64,000 nucleotides of DNA from an uncultured Acidobacteriota bacterium (GCA_963827655.1 CAWHCF010000004.1:32001-96000); one strand, 5' to 3'; shown: positions 21,939-33,079, counted from the stretch's first letter. Program-made: numbers and translations. Notes: a model not told the origin generated them from the letters alone.

Positions 21939-22898
21939 ATGCTGGAACTGCTGAGTTGTATCTTGCTCCTCGGTGGGCAGGGATTGCAGATCCCGCCTGG
22001 GCTCGACTCGTACATGCCGATCCCGGAAGAGAATCCGCTCACGCCGAAGAAGGCGGCGCTGGGCCGGGAGCTCTTTCGGGACCCGCTTCTTTCGCGCAAT
22101 CACCAGGTATCGTGCGCCACCTGTCACGACCCGGCGCGCGGCTTCAGCGACAACCGGCCCGTCGCCGTCGGCGTGTTCGGACGCCAGGGAAACCGAAGGG
22201 TTCCCCGCATCGTGAACCGCGGCTACGGCAAGGCCTTCTTCTGGGACGGCCGGATCGCAACCCTGGAGGAGCAGGTTCTCCAGCCGATACTCAGCGCAAA
22301 GGAGATGGATCTGACACTGGAAGAGGCCGTGTCGCGGCTGAACGGCGTTCCGCGCTATCGGCAGCTTTTTCGCGAAGTCTTCGAGCGCGACATCAGCGCT
22401 CCCGACCTGGCCCGCGCGCTGGCGAGCTATGTCCGGACCATCCTTGCCGGAGATTCAGCCTACGACCGCCACCTTCAGGGCAAAGCGGAAGCGCTTTCCG
22501 AGGAAGCGCGGAAGGGCCTGAGCATCTTTCGCGGCAAGGGGAACTGCACGCTCTGTCACCTCGGGCCGAACCTCACGGACGAGAGCTTCCACAATACCGG
22601 GATTGCATGGAGAGACGGCCGCTTCGATGACGACGGCCGCCACATCGTGACGCGCAACGACAGTGAGCGGGGGTCGTTCAAGACACCGACTCTGCGCGAG
22701 GTCGCGCGCACGCCCCCGTACATGCATGACGGCAGCCTGGCGACCCTGGAGGAAGTGATCGCACACTACGACCGCGGCGGGAACCGCAACCCGCAACTCG
22801 ATCCCGAGATGCGGCCGCTTGGCCTCACCAGGGAGGAGACGCGCGCGCTCGCCGCGTTCCTGCGCTCCCTCAGCGGCACCGTGCGCGAGGGCTACTGA
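21939..22898 (+). CDS. Di-heme cytochrome c peroxidase/MauG-family protein
   Basis: LGRELF.DP.LS, CATCH, FWDGR, CTLCH, FHNTG, FKTPTLR, PYMHDG, HYDRGG. Confidence 0.9.
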   Translation: MLELLSCILLLGGQGLQIPPGLDSYMPIPEENPLTPKKAALGRELFRDPLLSRNHQVSCATCHDPARGFSDNRPVAVGVFGRQGNRRVPRIVNRGYGKAFFWDGRIATLEEQVLQPILSAKEMDLTLEEAVSRLNGVPRYRQLFREVFERDISAPDLARALASYVRTILAGDSAYDRHLQGKAEALSEEARKGLSIFRGKGNCTLCHLGPNLTDESFHNTGIAWRDGRFDDDGRHIVTRNDSERGSFKTPTLREVARTPPYMHDGSLATLEEVIAHYDRGGNRNPQLDPEMRPLGLTREETRALAAFLRSLSGTVREGY

Positions 22899-22902
22899 CT
22901 GG

Positions 22903-22985
22903 AAAAAAGGAAAAAGTGCTGAGTAAAAAGTGCAGTACTTTCTACCTTCGACTCAGGACCTCCTACTTTCTACTTTCTACTGACT
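22903..22985. repeat. Heptamer repeat (AGTAAAA/AGTGCTG/AGTAGAA family)
   Basis: aaaagtgctgagtaaaaagtg with an opposite arm tactttctactttctact; the same motif recurs at 51338-51499. Confidence 0.65.
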
Positions 22986-23203
22986 GTGGTTACCAACGGA
23001 AGGGAGAAAAAGTTCAGGTTTAGAAAGAAGCGCCGAAGGTGCGGCACACTCGGACCGTGCCGCAGCCCTTTGACTTTTGTGGCGCGGGTCATTTGACCCG
23101 TGCATTTCACGTCGGCCGATCTGCCGCTTATTGATTAGGATCGCGTTAAAGAGATCGCAAGAACGCGTACGAACTTACGATTGCCCCAACGCGCGGGTCT
23201 GAT

Positions 23204-24906
23204 GAGACTGTCGCAAAACTCGGGGCATACGCTTATATATGCCAGAGGGTCGGCGAAGTTTAGCCCGCCGGCGGCCGAGTAGGCGCCTGTTTGTAAAAAT
23301 CAGGGGATTTAGCCCTGTGGCGGCACTATAAGACCTCTATTTTGGCTCAAGATCCCGCCGTGCTTCGTTCTTCCCTCAGGCTATGTTGAGCTGCCCGGCT
23401 GCCCATCGGGGGTACATCTTGCTCAAATTCACGACTGCGCACAGCAACGCCCACTGGACTTTGACTTTTTCCAGGCCACGCACCGTCCAGCGCCGAAATC
23501 CCATCAGTTGCTTGATCCAGGCAAAGATTGGCTCGACCATGCCCATCCGTTTTTTTATAAGCTCACTCTTTTGTTTGTCCTTCTGTTTTTCCTTTTGACG
23601 CAAAATGACTTCGTAATAAGGACTGACATCGAGCTTTCGTCCTTGCTGGTCCTTGCTACACTGCCACCGCACGGGACATTCCTTGAAGCTCCGGCAGCGA
23701 TACCTGCGAACTGCATAGCGCTTGTCGGGGGACTTGCTCATTCCTTCAAAGGTAAGCACTTCCCAAGGGGACAGGTCCAACAATCTTTTCTCTCTCATAG
23801 ACAAACTTCGATGAGTGAAACTCCCCGCCTCGTTCTTCTTGCGTCTCCACTTCTTGAGGCTGACCAGTACCTCTGTCTGTCGTTCTTCCGCTTTGGCCAA
23901 CTGTTCCCCGGACAAGTAACCTGAATCGGCTACCGTTTCCTGTGCCACTGACCCTACCGTCTCAACCACGGCCTCGATCATCGGCATCAGTTGAAACTTG
24001 TCATTCTGATCCGTCGTAACATATGCCGCCACGATGATGTCGCCTTACTGTCCACTACCACCTGCGCGTTATATCCCAGTCTTATCCCTTCCTGGGTCTT
24101 CATTACTTCAGCTTCCCGCTCTCCAGGATGCATCTGATCTCGTTCTTCTTTCTCTAATTCGGCAAGCTTGGCTCGGATCGTTTGCTGTAACTTAACTTTC
24201 TCCTGCAATTCCTCAGGCAACCGATATTCCTCTGCTCCTGGCTCTTGCGCCCCCTCAACCTCTCGCATTACTCGAGTCAGAAGTTCCTCCAGCGTGCCAG
24301 CGTCTTCTCCAGCTTCTCTTTTCCACATCTCCCGCGTTGACGATTGCGAGGCCAGCTTCGTCCGTCCACCGCGTTGAGAACCATGTCCACCAACTCTGCC
24401 TTTATCGCTACTTGTATCGTCTTGCGAAATACCTGCTTCAGCGGCTTTCGGTTATCCCGCCAAAACCTCACAGCGAACTGTGATCCGGATAATGCATCCG
24501 GTTAGCCACATCAAACCTACATGCTGCCGGCATGCCTTCTCCAACCCGCGCGTACTTCTGATCCTCTCCAAAAAACCATACAGCCAAACCTTCAGCAGCA
24601 GATCCGCTGCATAATTCGGCCGTCCTTCTGCCGATTCTCGAACCCTAAATCCCAGCTCAGCTAGATCCAGCGAGTCCACAACTCCCGAATGAATCGAGCC
24701 GGGTGATCAGCGCAAGCAGATCTTCCAGAGATAGCGGGAACAAATAGCTTGTTTGTAGTCGGCGCGAATTTCGTGACTCATCACTCTCCATTAGCGTTTT
24801 GCAACTAATACGGATGTGTCGCTCTGTGTTACGTTATTGGCGGACATTTGAAAGGAAGCGATCAAATCGGTTCAGCCTCCTATCGGGCGAGTTTTGCAAC
24901 AGTCTC
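23204..24906 (-). mobile_element. IS1182-family insertion sequence, 1703 bp
   Basis: 19-bp TIRs GAGACTGTCGCAAAACTCG / GAGACTGTTGCAAAACTCG (1 mismatch); 4-bp direct repeat TGAT at 23200-23203 and 24907-24910. Confidence 0.9.
23376..24781 (-). pseudogene. IS1182-family DDE transposase with multiple frameshifts
   Basis: Fragments read LFPLSLEDL, GRPNY...LLKVWLYG...[11 protein letters not shown]...MWLTG, AVDG, GYNAQVVVD, ADSGY.SGE, VEPIFAWIKQLMGFRRW.VRGLEKVK.QW. ATG at 24781 with a GGAGAG RBS. Confidence 0.85.
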
Positions 24907-25069
24907 TGATGACCCGCGCCACAGACCCAATTTTTTCACAGCTTCTCACGGGCGGGCTATTTACTGCCGAGCCTTCGGCCCTGGGCGACAACACAGCTTC
25001 CGCTCCGCGCAATACATCACCGTAATTATGAACTAGCCAACTTAGTGTCTTCGAGTCTTCGTGGTTGCC

Positions 25070-28000
25070 TTACCAGCGGAAGCGGCCGCTGTACTGGAGT
25101 TGCCGGCCGAAGACGCCCGCCCGCTGGTTGACCACCCTGCCGAAGATCGAACTCGTGACATCCGTAGACGGATTGGCGCCTATGAAGCTGTTGGTCAGAT
25201 TGTAGGCCTCCATCCGGATCTCGAAGCTGAGTTTCTCCGCGATGCGATATTCCTTCGACAGAGTCATGTCGACGCTCCAGAACGATGGGCCGGTCACGCC
25301 CTCGTACTGCTTCGGGTTGTAGCGCCGGGTAAAAGGATCTTTGCGCGCGAACACCGCGGTGTTGAATCGCGCCTCGTTCGACGGGTCCTCGAGGCGAGGA
25401 TCGCCGGTCTGTTCGAGGGCGCCGAAGCGGAGGAAGTCGCCTCCCAGGTACTGGTAGATCCCGCTCAGCGACCAGCCGCCGAGAATGCCGTCTACCACAG
25501 CATTGGAGTTTGCCATGAAGTGCCGGCCGCGGCCGAACGGAAACTCCCAGATCCCGGCGAGTGTGAACTTCTGGCGTGGCGCGGCGCTGTCCTCCCAGCT
25601 CAACACCTGGTCGAAAGTATCGACGTCGTCGAAGAACTCCATGGCCTCGGCCGCGGTTGTAGTTGTATCCGAGGAGGAAGTTGTAGCCGCCGGCGAATTG
25701 CCGCTGGACCTGGAGCTGGAACGCCTGGTAGCGCGTCGAGACGCCCGGCATGCCGTTGTTGATCACCAGATCCCCGTACTGCGGGTAAGGCACCAGCAGG
25801 CTTCCGATCGTGACCCTCTGGGTGTTCCGCAGCTGGCCGGGGAACTTGTCGGGCGGGAGGATGTTGTAGAAGGGGTTATTGACCTGCGTGGTCAGTGTCG
25901 TCTTGTGCTGGTAGGTAAGCCGCGGGTCGAGCCGGTTGATGGGCAGATTCATGGTACGCGTCGTGGCCGAGGTTCAAGAAATAAGTGACGTCGACCACAA
26001 TCCTGTTCCACATCTCGCGTTGGAGCGAGAGGTTGATCCGGTCGTTCGTCTCGTTGCGCCAGTCCTGCACAAACCAGGTGGCGGGGCCGCCCAGCGAGGT
26101 GTATCGGCCCAGGGTCTTGCCGACCGCGGGAACCAGCGGGTTCTCGTTAGCCGGATAGGGGTCGCTGATTCTTGCCCGTGGAATGCCCTCGAGCGGTCCG
26201 AGTGGATTCGTGATTGCGTCGAAACCCGGGTAAGGCGTACTACCCAGGAAGTCGAAAGCCTGGATCGGCTGCACCAGGTAGCGGGCGTAGCCCGCTCGCA
26301 GCGCCGTACGTTCGTTGATCCGATAGGCGATCCCGACCCGCGGCATGAACAGGTTTTTCGGCCCCTCCCAGCCGCCGCGATTGGCCTCGTCGGTGAAGAT
26401 CCAGGCGCCGTTCAGGATTGGGCGGTGGCGCGCCCAGCGAGGTTACCTGGGTCGGGAACTGAGGCGGATTGGCCTGGAACTCCGGTATCGGATTGGTGAG
26501 GTCGAGGTAGCGCGACAGGCGGAGCTCCGGGTCCTTCATGGGAGTTTCGTACTCCCAGCGCAGCCCAAGGTTCAGAGTGATCCGCGGGCTCAGCTTGAAG
26601 TCGTCCTGGATATAGAACCCGTAGAACTCATCGCGCGGCCGATTGAGCGGGATGGTTCGGATGCGGGACTCGGCTGTCGACGATCCCGAGCAGGAACGAG
26701 GCCCACCCGTCGCCCCGGAGCCGGGTGTCGGGACTGATGAAGGTGTCGGCGGTGTGGGACTTCTCGAACCTGAACCCCATGGGCTGCGGCCGGGACGCCA
26801 GGAACCGCTGCTGGCGGAACTCGCCCCCGACTTTCACGTAGTGGCGGCCCACCTGCTTCGAGATCTTCGACTGCAGGTTCCACGTGGTCGGCTCCTGATA
26901 CCAGAAGCCTTCACGCCCGAACAAGCTGTTGGTCTCGCTCACGACTGTGAGCCCCGGGTAATAGAGCGCCGGCAGTTCCGTCTGGTAAGGCTCGTACCAC
27001 GGGTTGTTCGGCCACAGCTCCTGAAGCGTCTTGGGCTCGATGCGCGCATTCTCGGCCTCGAAGGAGTCAACGATCTTCGAGTACGAGCCGCGGAGGTTGA
27101 AAACCGTGGTCGGATTCATGGTCCATACGGCGTCTCCCGAAAGCTGGACCGTGTGGCGGTTGCTCCCGGCCAGCTGCTGCGCCGGCGACCCGGTGAAATT
27201 CGGGTCGCTCTGGACCGTGTGGAACCGGCTGCCTCGGCCGAAGATGCTCCACTTGTCGCTGAGCACCCAGTCGACGCGATCCGACAGGTTCCAATACTCG
27301 AACTTTTGCGGAAAGGTGTAGCGGTAATTGTTCGCCCCCGTGATATTGTCACCGGCTCCGTTCGGCTTCCAGATGTCCGCCAGGAAGCGGCGGGCGGTCG
27401 GGTCGATGCGGCTGGCTGGAATGATGTTGTTCGCGAACGGGACGCGCGTAGCCGTGTTCGTCGCGGGGTCGAGGCGCGTGGTCCACGGGTCGTAGATCAA
27501 ACGCAACCCGCCGTTCGAATTGAAGGTTTGGGAGAAATCCCCCTCGCGCTCCCGGTCGGTCGGAAGCGTCGCGGTCATGGTGCGCGGCTCACGGACATTC
27601 TGCGCTTCGTAGCTGAAGTAGTTGAAAACCTTCCCCCGGATGATCGGATTGCCCGACGTGACTCCCCAAACGTGATTCCGCACTTCGTTCGGCCGGCGGT
27701 TAGTGTGATCGGCGACGGCATTGAGCGCCGGGTTGCGTCCGAAATAGTAAGCCGTGCCGTGGTGCTCGTTGGTGCCGCTCTTCATCTGGACCGCGATGAT
27801 GCCGCCGGCGCTGTGTCCGAATTCGGAGTCGACGCTGTTTTGCTGGATGCTGACCTCCGACACCGCGTCCATCGTCGGAACGTAGGTTCCTTTCATTCCT
27901 ACCAGCTGGGGCACGCCGTCGACCAGGATGTCGTTCTTGGTCGATGTGTTGCCTCCGACGTCAAGCTGGCTCGCCGCCCAGTGGTGATACGGGCTCTGCT

Positions 28001-28527
28001 CGGTCGTGGAGCGAACGATCACGGCGGGGTTCAGAGTGGCGAGCAGGAACGGGTTGCGATGAACGATCGGCAGTTCGTTCGTCATTTTGGTGTCGAGCGT
28101 GAGCTCCATGGTGCTGGTGTTGAATTTCACGGCAACCGGCGACTCGCGCACGACCACGGTTTCGGAAACGTTGCGGACTTGCAGGGGCGCGTTGATCGTG
28201 ATATCGCCGCGGGTCTGGACCAGGACGTTTTCCTGCACGAAGGTCGAGAAGCCCGGCAACTCGATGGTGACGGTGTAGGTTCCCGGGCTCACGAAATCGA
28301 AGAGGTACCGCCCCGTTTCGTTTGCCAGCGCGATTCACTTCGACACCAGTATTGACGTTGCGCAAGGTGACGCTGGCGCCGACCAGCACGGCGCCGCTCG
28401 CGTCTGTGACGATGCCCTGCACCTTGGCCCGAAGCTCCTGAGCATTGGAAGGCGCGGCGAGAAGCACGCCAAGCGTCAGGAACATCAGGAAGCGAACAAG
28501 AAATCCCAGATTGGTTTTTGAATTCAT
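25070..28527 (-). CDS. TonB-dependent receptor (about 5 frameshifts)
   Basis: Signal peptide; VQGIVTDASGA, LPIVHRNPFLL, DAVSEV, QDDFKL..ITLNLGLRWEY, PRVGIAY; C-terminal RQLQYSGRFRW. Confidence 0.85.
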
Positions 28528-28623
28528 GGTCCACCCCAGTTCGGCCGACCCCGCGCCAGGGTTGCGGGTCAGTTGCGGAAAAGTTTGAACAAACAAAGGA
28601 ACACGTTTGCCGTTTTGAGGGTG

Positions 28624-28653
28624 ATTCTAAATTCGACCAGCGTGGGGTGTCAA
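28624..28653 (-). promoter_or_regulatory. Sigma70-type promoter of the TonB receptor gene
   Basis: TTGACA-N18-TAGAAT on the minus strand, about 100 bp upstream of ATG 28527. Confidence 0.6.
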
Positions 28654-28972
28654 GCTTCGTGCGCGCAGTATTTTTTACCGCCAGGACACGAAGAGTCATT
28701 TCGCCATTCCTGCAGTTTTCATCACAATCTGAAAGCGCGGATCCGTTCGCAGGACGTCGGCCTGTGTCCAGAGCGGAACGGGTATCGTCAGCCAGCGCCT
28801 CTCGAAACCTCTCGATCGCCCAGGTTTGCGGATAACAACGTCCCAGCCGCATTCCTGATCGATCCGAGATTAGACAACCGGAGGTGCATCAGTTTACCGT
28901 GAGCTGGAGCGAGGGATCGGGTGGGGAGTGTCAAAAGCCGCCTGTTTTTTGCGCGGTGGGGTGCATGCCCCG

Positions 28973-29284
28973 TTAGGCTCTCTTTCGCAGTTTCGCGTTG
29001 CCTACGACATCAAGAACCGCTTCTGGATGCTTGGCAGCTACCCGGAGGAGAATCCGAGCAGCACCTTCCGGCTTCCGCCGTCCTTGTTCCCAATTGCGCA
29101 GTGTTGCCACGCTGATTCCCATTAGACTGGCGAACTTATCCTGAGAGAGCCCATACTGCTCTCGAATCCTCCGGACATCCGGTTCGGAGAACTCATAGAT
29201 ACGCGCCGGTTTCTTTTCTCCACGCAGGATCGCTCCACCTTGTCGCACACTTTCCAAAAGCTCGTCGAATAATTCTTTCTTCAT
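28973..29284 (-). CDS. HigA/NadS-type XRE HTH antitoxin
   Basis: MKKELFDELLESVRQGG...IREQYGLSQDKFASLMGISVATLRNWEQGRRKPEG; GAGG RBS; overlaps the toxin stop. Confidence 0.9.
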   Translation of the reverse strand: MKKELFDELLESVRQGGAILRGEKKPARIYEFSEPDVRRIREQYGLSQDKFASLMGISVATLRNWEQGRRKPEGAARILLRVAAKHPEAVLDVVGNAKLRKRA

Positions 29285-29598
29285 AGATATTCCTCATCGA
29301 TGATGCTCTTCAGCGCCTTGAGCTGTTCAGGCGTCAAATCATCCTGGACGCTCTTTGGATACGTGTACAACATCAGAATCGCCTCTCTTGCAGCAAGCCA
29401 GTAATAGATCACTCGTAGCCCGCCACGTTTCCCTTTGCCACCAATCGACCAGCGAACTTTCCGCAGACCGCCACTTCCTGGAATTACCTTTCCGACCTTA
29501 GGATTCGCAACCAACTGGTTCTGGAGAAGGCGGTACTGCTCATCGGAAAGAGTTGCCTGGATCCGCCTGGTGAAGACGGCGGTTTCGACAATGACCAT
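29281..29598 (-). CDS. RelE/HigB-family toxin
   Basis: MVIVET..F...GKVIPGSGGLRKVRW...GKGKRGGLRVIYY...YPKS.QDDLT; toxin-first gene order. Confidence 0.9.
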   Translation of the reverse strand: MVIVETAVFTRRIQATLSDEQYRLLQNQLVANPKVGKVIPGSGGLRKVRWSIGGKGKRGGLRVIYYWLAAREAILMLYTYPKSVQDDLTPEQLKALKSIIDEEYL

Positions 29599-29603
29599 GA
29601 AGC

Positions 29604-29632
29604 AGGGTACGCCATTGGCGCATCCGTGACAA
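29604..29632 (-). promoter_or_regulatory. Putative leaderless promoter with operator for the higBA-like module
   Basis: TTGTCA-N17-TACCCT-N5-ATG; the palindrome CGCCA-T-TGGCG (29610-29620) lies in the spacer; no SD sequence. Confidence 0.6.
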
Positions 29633-29779
29633 GCGGGGATTAGCGGAAGTTCGGTGACAGACACCAAGTTTTCCCGTCCGACTGGTTGTCGCTGGAGTTC
29701 GTACGTTTCGCGGGCTGCGGAGCAAACTGCCGCGAGACAAGGCGCAAGCTTGCTTCGGCGTTGGCGACAAATCGCCTCA

Positions 29780-32700
29780 CTAGCGGATCGTGATGGTGCC
29801 CAGATTCAAAGGCAGATCGCTTCGTCCCCCGGGCATTTCCGGAACCTCGATTTCGCGGATTACGGGTTCGGGAAGCTGGGGGATTCGAAGCGTCAACCGG
29901 TATCTTCCGCTCGGCACGTCATCGATACGGTAGGAACCCCAGGGGCTGAATGCGACGGCAAACGAGAGGAAAGACGAAGGGGAGGATACGGTCTCCAGCC
30001 TGTGATAGAAGCTGTTCCACTCGATAAGCTCTTTGCGGCCGACGAACACGATCTTCCCTGTGAGTTGGCGACCGCGCCCGCCAAGCTGGACAGCCGTGGT
30101 TCGACCCGCCGCGACCTTTACCGGAAGAACCTGAGTTCTACGCGCTTTGTCGGTGGTGTTCTGAGTGAGCGCCAGAGTTCCAGGCCCTTCGTCAAGTTTA
30201 TCGATCTTCTGAATGAAGGCGACATCGTAGTGGCCGGGAGGGATCCGGTCGACCCTGAAGTTCCCGTCGGCGTCCGTCCGGGTGAACCAGTCGACCGCAA
30301 GCCGGTACGCCGGCGAGTCGAGCTTCGAGTTGGTCAGACCGACGGTCTCGTTGCTCGCTGGCCGCGTTCCGACCCGGAGCCTTCCTTGCACACGCCCCCA
30401 GGGTTCGAGAACGATGGTGGAAGGCGCCCTCACCTCATCCACGGGAACGAGAGCGAAGCCAAGCTTGTGCGAGACCAGCAGCGAACGCGCGTCCGCTACG
30501 GGCTTCAGGAAAAATTGACCCATGGCGTTGGTCTCGAATCTCCGGCTCTCGTCAGGGCTGAAGTCGATCTCCCCCGAGTCGCGCAGGACCGCGGGGAAAC
30601 GGCCCCCCACCAGAACCACGTTGGCTCCCCACGCAGGACGGCCATCCGGCAGCACAACGACACCGCTGGGCCCGGCTCCGCGTACCAGGCCAATTTCGAG
30701 GCGGCCACCACCCTCGCGGGAGATTGAATGCGACGCATCGGGCAGGTAGCCATCGGCTTCGACCTTGATGCCGTAGGGAAAAAACGGCTCGCGCAGAACC
30801 AGGGTGAACACCCCGTTCTTCCCGGTCGGCGCCGGCTGATAGTGTTTGGGGCCAGCCTGGAACTGAGAGCTGGCCAGCAAGACGGAGAACTCCGGAATCG
30901 GAGCCTTGGTTACCGCATCAAAAACAATTCCGTTGATCTTGATTTCCTTGATCTTGCTAAGCTGGATCTCGTACTCCCGGTCTCCCGGCTCCAAGGTGAG
31001 GAACCCCTGAATCGAGGCATAGCCCGGATCGTCGACGCGCAGCTTGACGGGCCCTGCGGGCGCCGAGTTCCAGACAAAAGAACCGTCTTTCTCGGTTTCC
31101 CCAAACCAACGCGTTGGCCCGACAGCGGATACGACGGCGCCGGAAACCGGTCTCCCTTCCTGGTCCACAACCCGGCCTCGAAGTATCCTTCCTCGGACGA
31201 GGTGAACCGAGAACGGGTTTGCGCGCGCCATGACAATTATTCGCTCGGTGGCGCTCACAAAACCTTCCCGGCTGACGGTCAGGAGCGTCGTCCCGGATCG
31301 GCCGTTAGCGAATCGAAAATGTCCGTCCTTGCCGGTCACTGTTTTTGCGGCGGGTGCCGCGTGCCAGTGACCGTGGCTCACCTCAGCGCCTTCGACCGGG
31401 CGACCGTGCAGATCCAGCACGCGGCCGCTGATCGGAAGACCACGGTCCATAACCAGCGCGGGCCGACGCGCCTTGAGTTCTTCGATGGGCAGTACTTGTG
31501 CCCCACGTGGGTGGCGGGCCAAGGGAGACGAGCCCGTGACGTAGAATGCCTCGGCATATTCCGGATGAAGCAACTGGAGGACTATTGCGTCGGCCTTCCG
31601 GGACAATCCGGCCCAGATCCAACGTCCTTGAACATCGGTCTTCGCGACGCAGTTGCGGCGCGGTGTAATGCCGGGTGTGGCCCGGCGCAACTCCAGGAAG
31701 CCCACGACGTGGACCTCCACGTCACGGATAGCCTTTCCCTCCCGATTCAGAACGACGCCCCCGATGGTATCGGCCTGTTCAAGCTGGACAACAAGACGAT
31801 CGACAAATTCCGGCTTGGGAAGGTCGAAAGTTCTGGAGACGTACCCTTCAGCCCGGATGTCGAGTGTTGCCGGAAGACGGACCGCGGCGTTTCCTTGAGC
31901 ATCTGTCGTGTGCTGCGGACCTAGAGTTGCGCCGGGGATTCCGAGCCCCGTTTCCGTGTCGACGACTCGAACGGTGAATTCGCGTTGAGTCTGCTCGACC
32001 TCCGGGACGACCGGAAGCCTGGTATCGGTGGAAGCGTCGGTCAGGGTCACGAATGCCAGGACAAGCGCGGCAACACGCGCCAGCCATGACCGCAGCGGAA
32101 CAGGGTTCTGGAAACGCGCTATCATCGAGAGCCGGCGCCGCAACCGGCCACTGGTCTCCAGTATCCCAATCAGTCCCGGCGCGGGCGACTGCGGGACAAA
32201 CCCTTCCACCAGCTTGAGGATGGTGTTCCCATAGGCGGGGACCTCTTCCGGCGGAAGCTGCCGAAGAACGTTCGCGTCGCGGACGAGTTCCCGGTCCGAA
32301 CGCAGGCGCTTGAAGGCGAACCAGACGATTGGATTGAACCAGTGCAGCGCGAGCAGCCCGGTGACAATCCAGTTCAGCGCGATGTCCAGGCGCCGGACAT
32401 GCTCAAGTTCATGCATGAAGATGAAGCGCAGCTCTGCGGCAGTGAAGCGGCTGATCAGTCCTGCCGGAACCAGTAACCTTGGCACGAGAACCCCGAAGAG
32501 CGCCGGGCTTTTGACCTCGGCGGTCTCGATGACCCAGAGCGGCTGACGTACGCCGGCTGACTGGCGGCATCGCTGAATCAGCTCGAGCACGGCTGAATCC
32601 GTGACAGCTGGAGCCCGGCGCAACCGGTCCGAGAGACGGTAATTGCGCCAGGCGACGCGCGTGACCAGCGCCAGGAAACCGGACAGCCAGACCAACGGAA

Positions 32701-33076
32701 GGAAAGTGGTCCAGGGTTTCGCCGTCTCTCGAGACTCCACCCACGTGGCACTTGGGAGTATGCGGGCTTCAGGAGACTTTGCGGGCGTGTAGTCCAGGAT
32801 TCTATAGACGACCACTTCGGGCCGATTCTGCGTGGCTATTGGCTCAGGCGTCTTGATCCAGTTTCTATTGAAGATGCTGAAGGAGGTCTCAATCGAGACC
32901 GGCAGGGCCAGACGCACGAGCACGAGGAGCCACAAGGCGTAGAGGTGTTGCGGGGCTATAACTCTGCGCAGCGCCCACTGTAAGACGAGCACCAACCCGA
33001 TCAGGATTGAGCCTTGCCATGAGGCGCGCGCCAGCCAGAGGCAAAATGTCTCCAGGGCGCCGGCGAAAGCAGCCAC
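29780..33076 (-). CDS. BlaR1/MecR1-like M56 peptidase with C-terminal carboxypeptidase-regulatory-like repeats
   Basis: N-terminal TMs, SPALFG..PRLLVP, HELEH, HWFNPIVW, DRELVRD; repeated GRV.D..G.PV.GA.V units. Confidence 0.9.
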   Translation of the reverse strand: MAAFAGALETFCLWLARASWQGSILIGLVLVLQWALRRVIAPQHLYALWLLVLVRLALPVSIETSFSIFNRNWIKTPEPIATQNRPEVVVYRILDYTPAKSPEARILPSATWVESRETAKPWTTFLPLVWLSGFLALVTRVAWRNYRLSDRLRRAPAVTDSAVLELIQRCRQSAGVRQPLWVIETAEVKSPALFGVLVPRLLVPAGLISRFTAAELRFIFMHELEHVRRLDIALNWIVTGLLALHWFNPIVWFAFKRLRSDRELVRDANVLRQLPPEEVPAYGNTILKLVEGFVPQSPAPGLIGILETSGRLRRRLSMIARFQNPVPLRSWLARVAALVLAFVTLTDASTDTRLPVVPEVEQTQREFTVRVVDTETGLGIPGATLGPQHTTDAQGNAAVRLPATLDIRAEGYVSRTFDLPKPEFVDRLVVQLEQADTIGGVVLNREGKAIRDVEVHVVGFLELRRATPGITPRRNCVAKTDVQGRWIWAGLSRKADAIVLQLLHPEYAEAFYVTGSSPLARHPRGAQVLPIEELKARRPALVMDRGLPISGRVLDLHGRPVEGAEVSHGHWHAAPAAKTVTGKDGHFRFANGRSGTTLLTVSREGFVSATERIIVMARANPFSVHLVRGRILRGRVVDQEGRPVSGAVVSAVGPTRWFGETEKDGSFVWNSAPAGPVKLRVDDPGYASIQGFLTLEPGDREYEIQLSKIKEIKINGIVFDAVTKAPIPEFSVLLASSQFQAGPKHYQPAPTGKNGVFTLVLREPFFPYGIKVEADGYLPDASHSISREGGGRLEIGLVRGAGPSGVVVLPDGRPAWGANVVLVGGRFPAVLRDSGEIDFSPDESRRFETNAMGQFFLKPVADARSLLVSHKLGFALVPVDEVRAPSTIVLEPWGRVQGRLRVGTRPASNETVGLTNSKLDSPAYRLAVDWFTRTDADGNFRVDRIPPGHYDVAFIQKIDKLDEGPGTLALTQNTTDKARRTQVLPVKVAAGRTTAVQLGGRGRQLTGKIVFVGRKELIEWNSFYHRLETVSSPSSFLSFAVAFSPWGSYRIDDVPSGRYRLTLRIPQLPEPVIREIEVPEMPGGRSDLPLNLGTITIR

Positions 33077-33079
33077 GGG

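Larger units (their letters stand above)
23078..24923. repeat. REP doublet (TGTGGCGCGGGTC-N4-GACCCGYGC) whose second unit is interrupted by an IS
   Basis: Unit 1 is tgtggcgcgggtcatttgacccgtgc (23078-23103). Unit 2 is inverted: gcgcgggtc-tgat-[IS]-tgat-gacccgcgccaca (23191-23203 and 24907-24923). Confidence 0.75.

Noticed and set aside
26643-31924. Long opposite-strand ORFs (e.g. 26643..28355, 29654..30727, 30728..31924; also 42393..43655 and 38802..39905)
   Set aside because: These are antisense shadows of well-supported genes, as expected in high-GC DNA, and contain no recognisable motifs.
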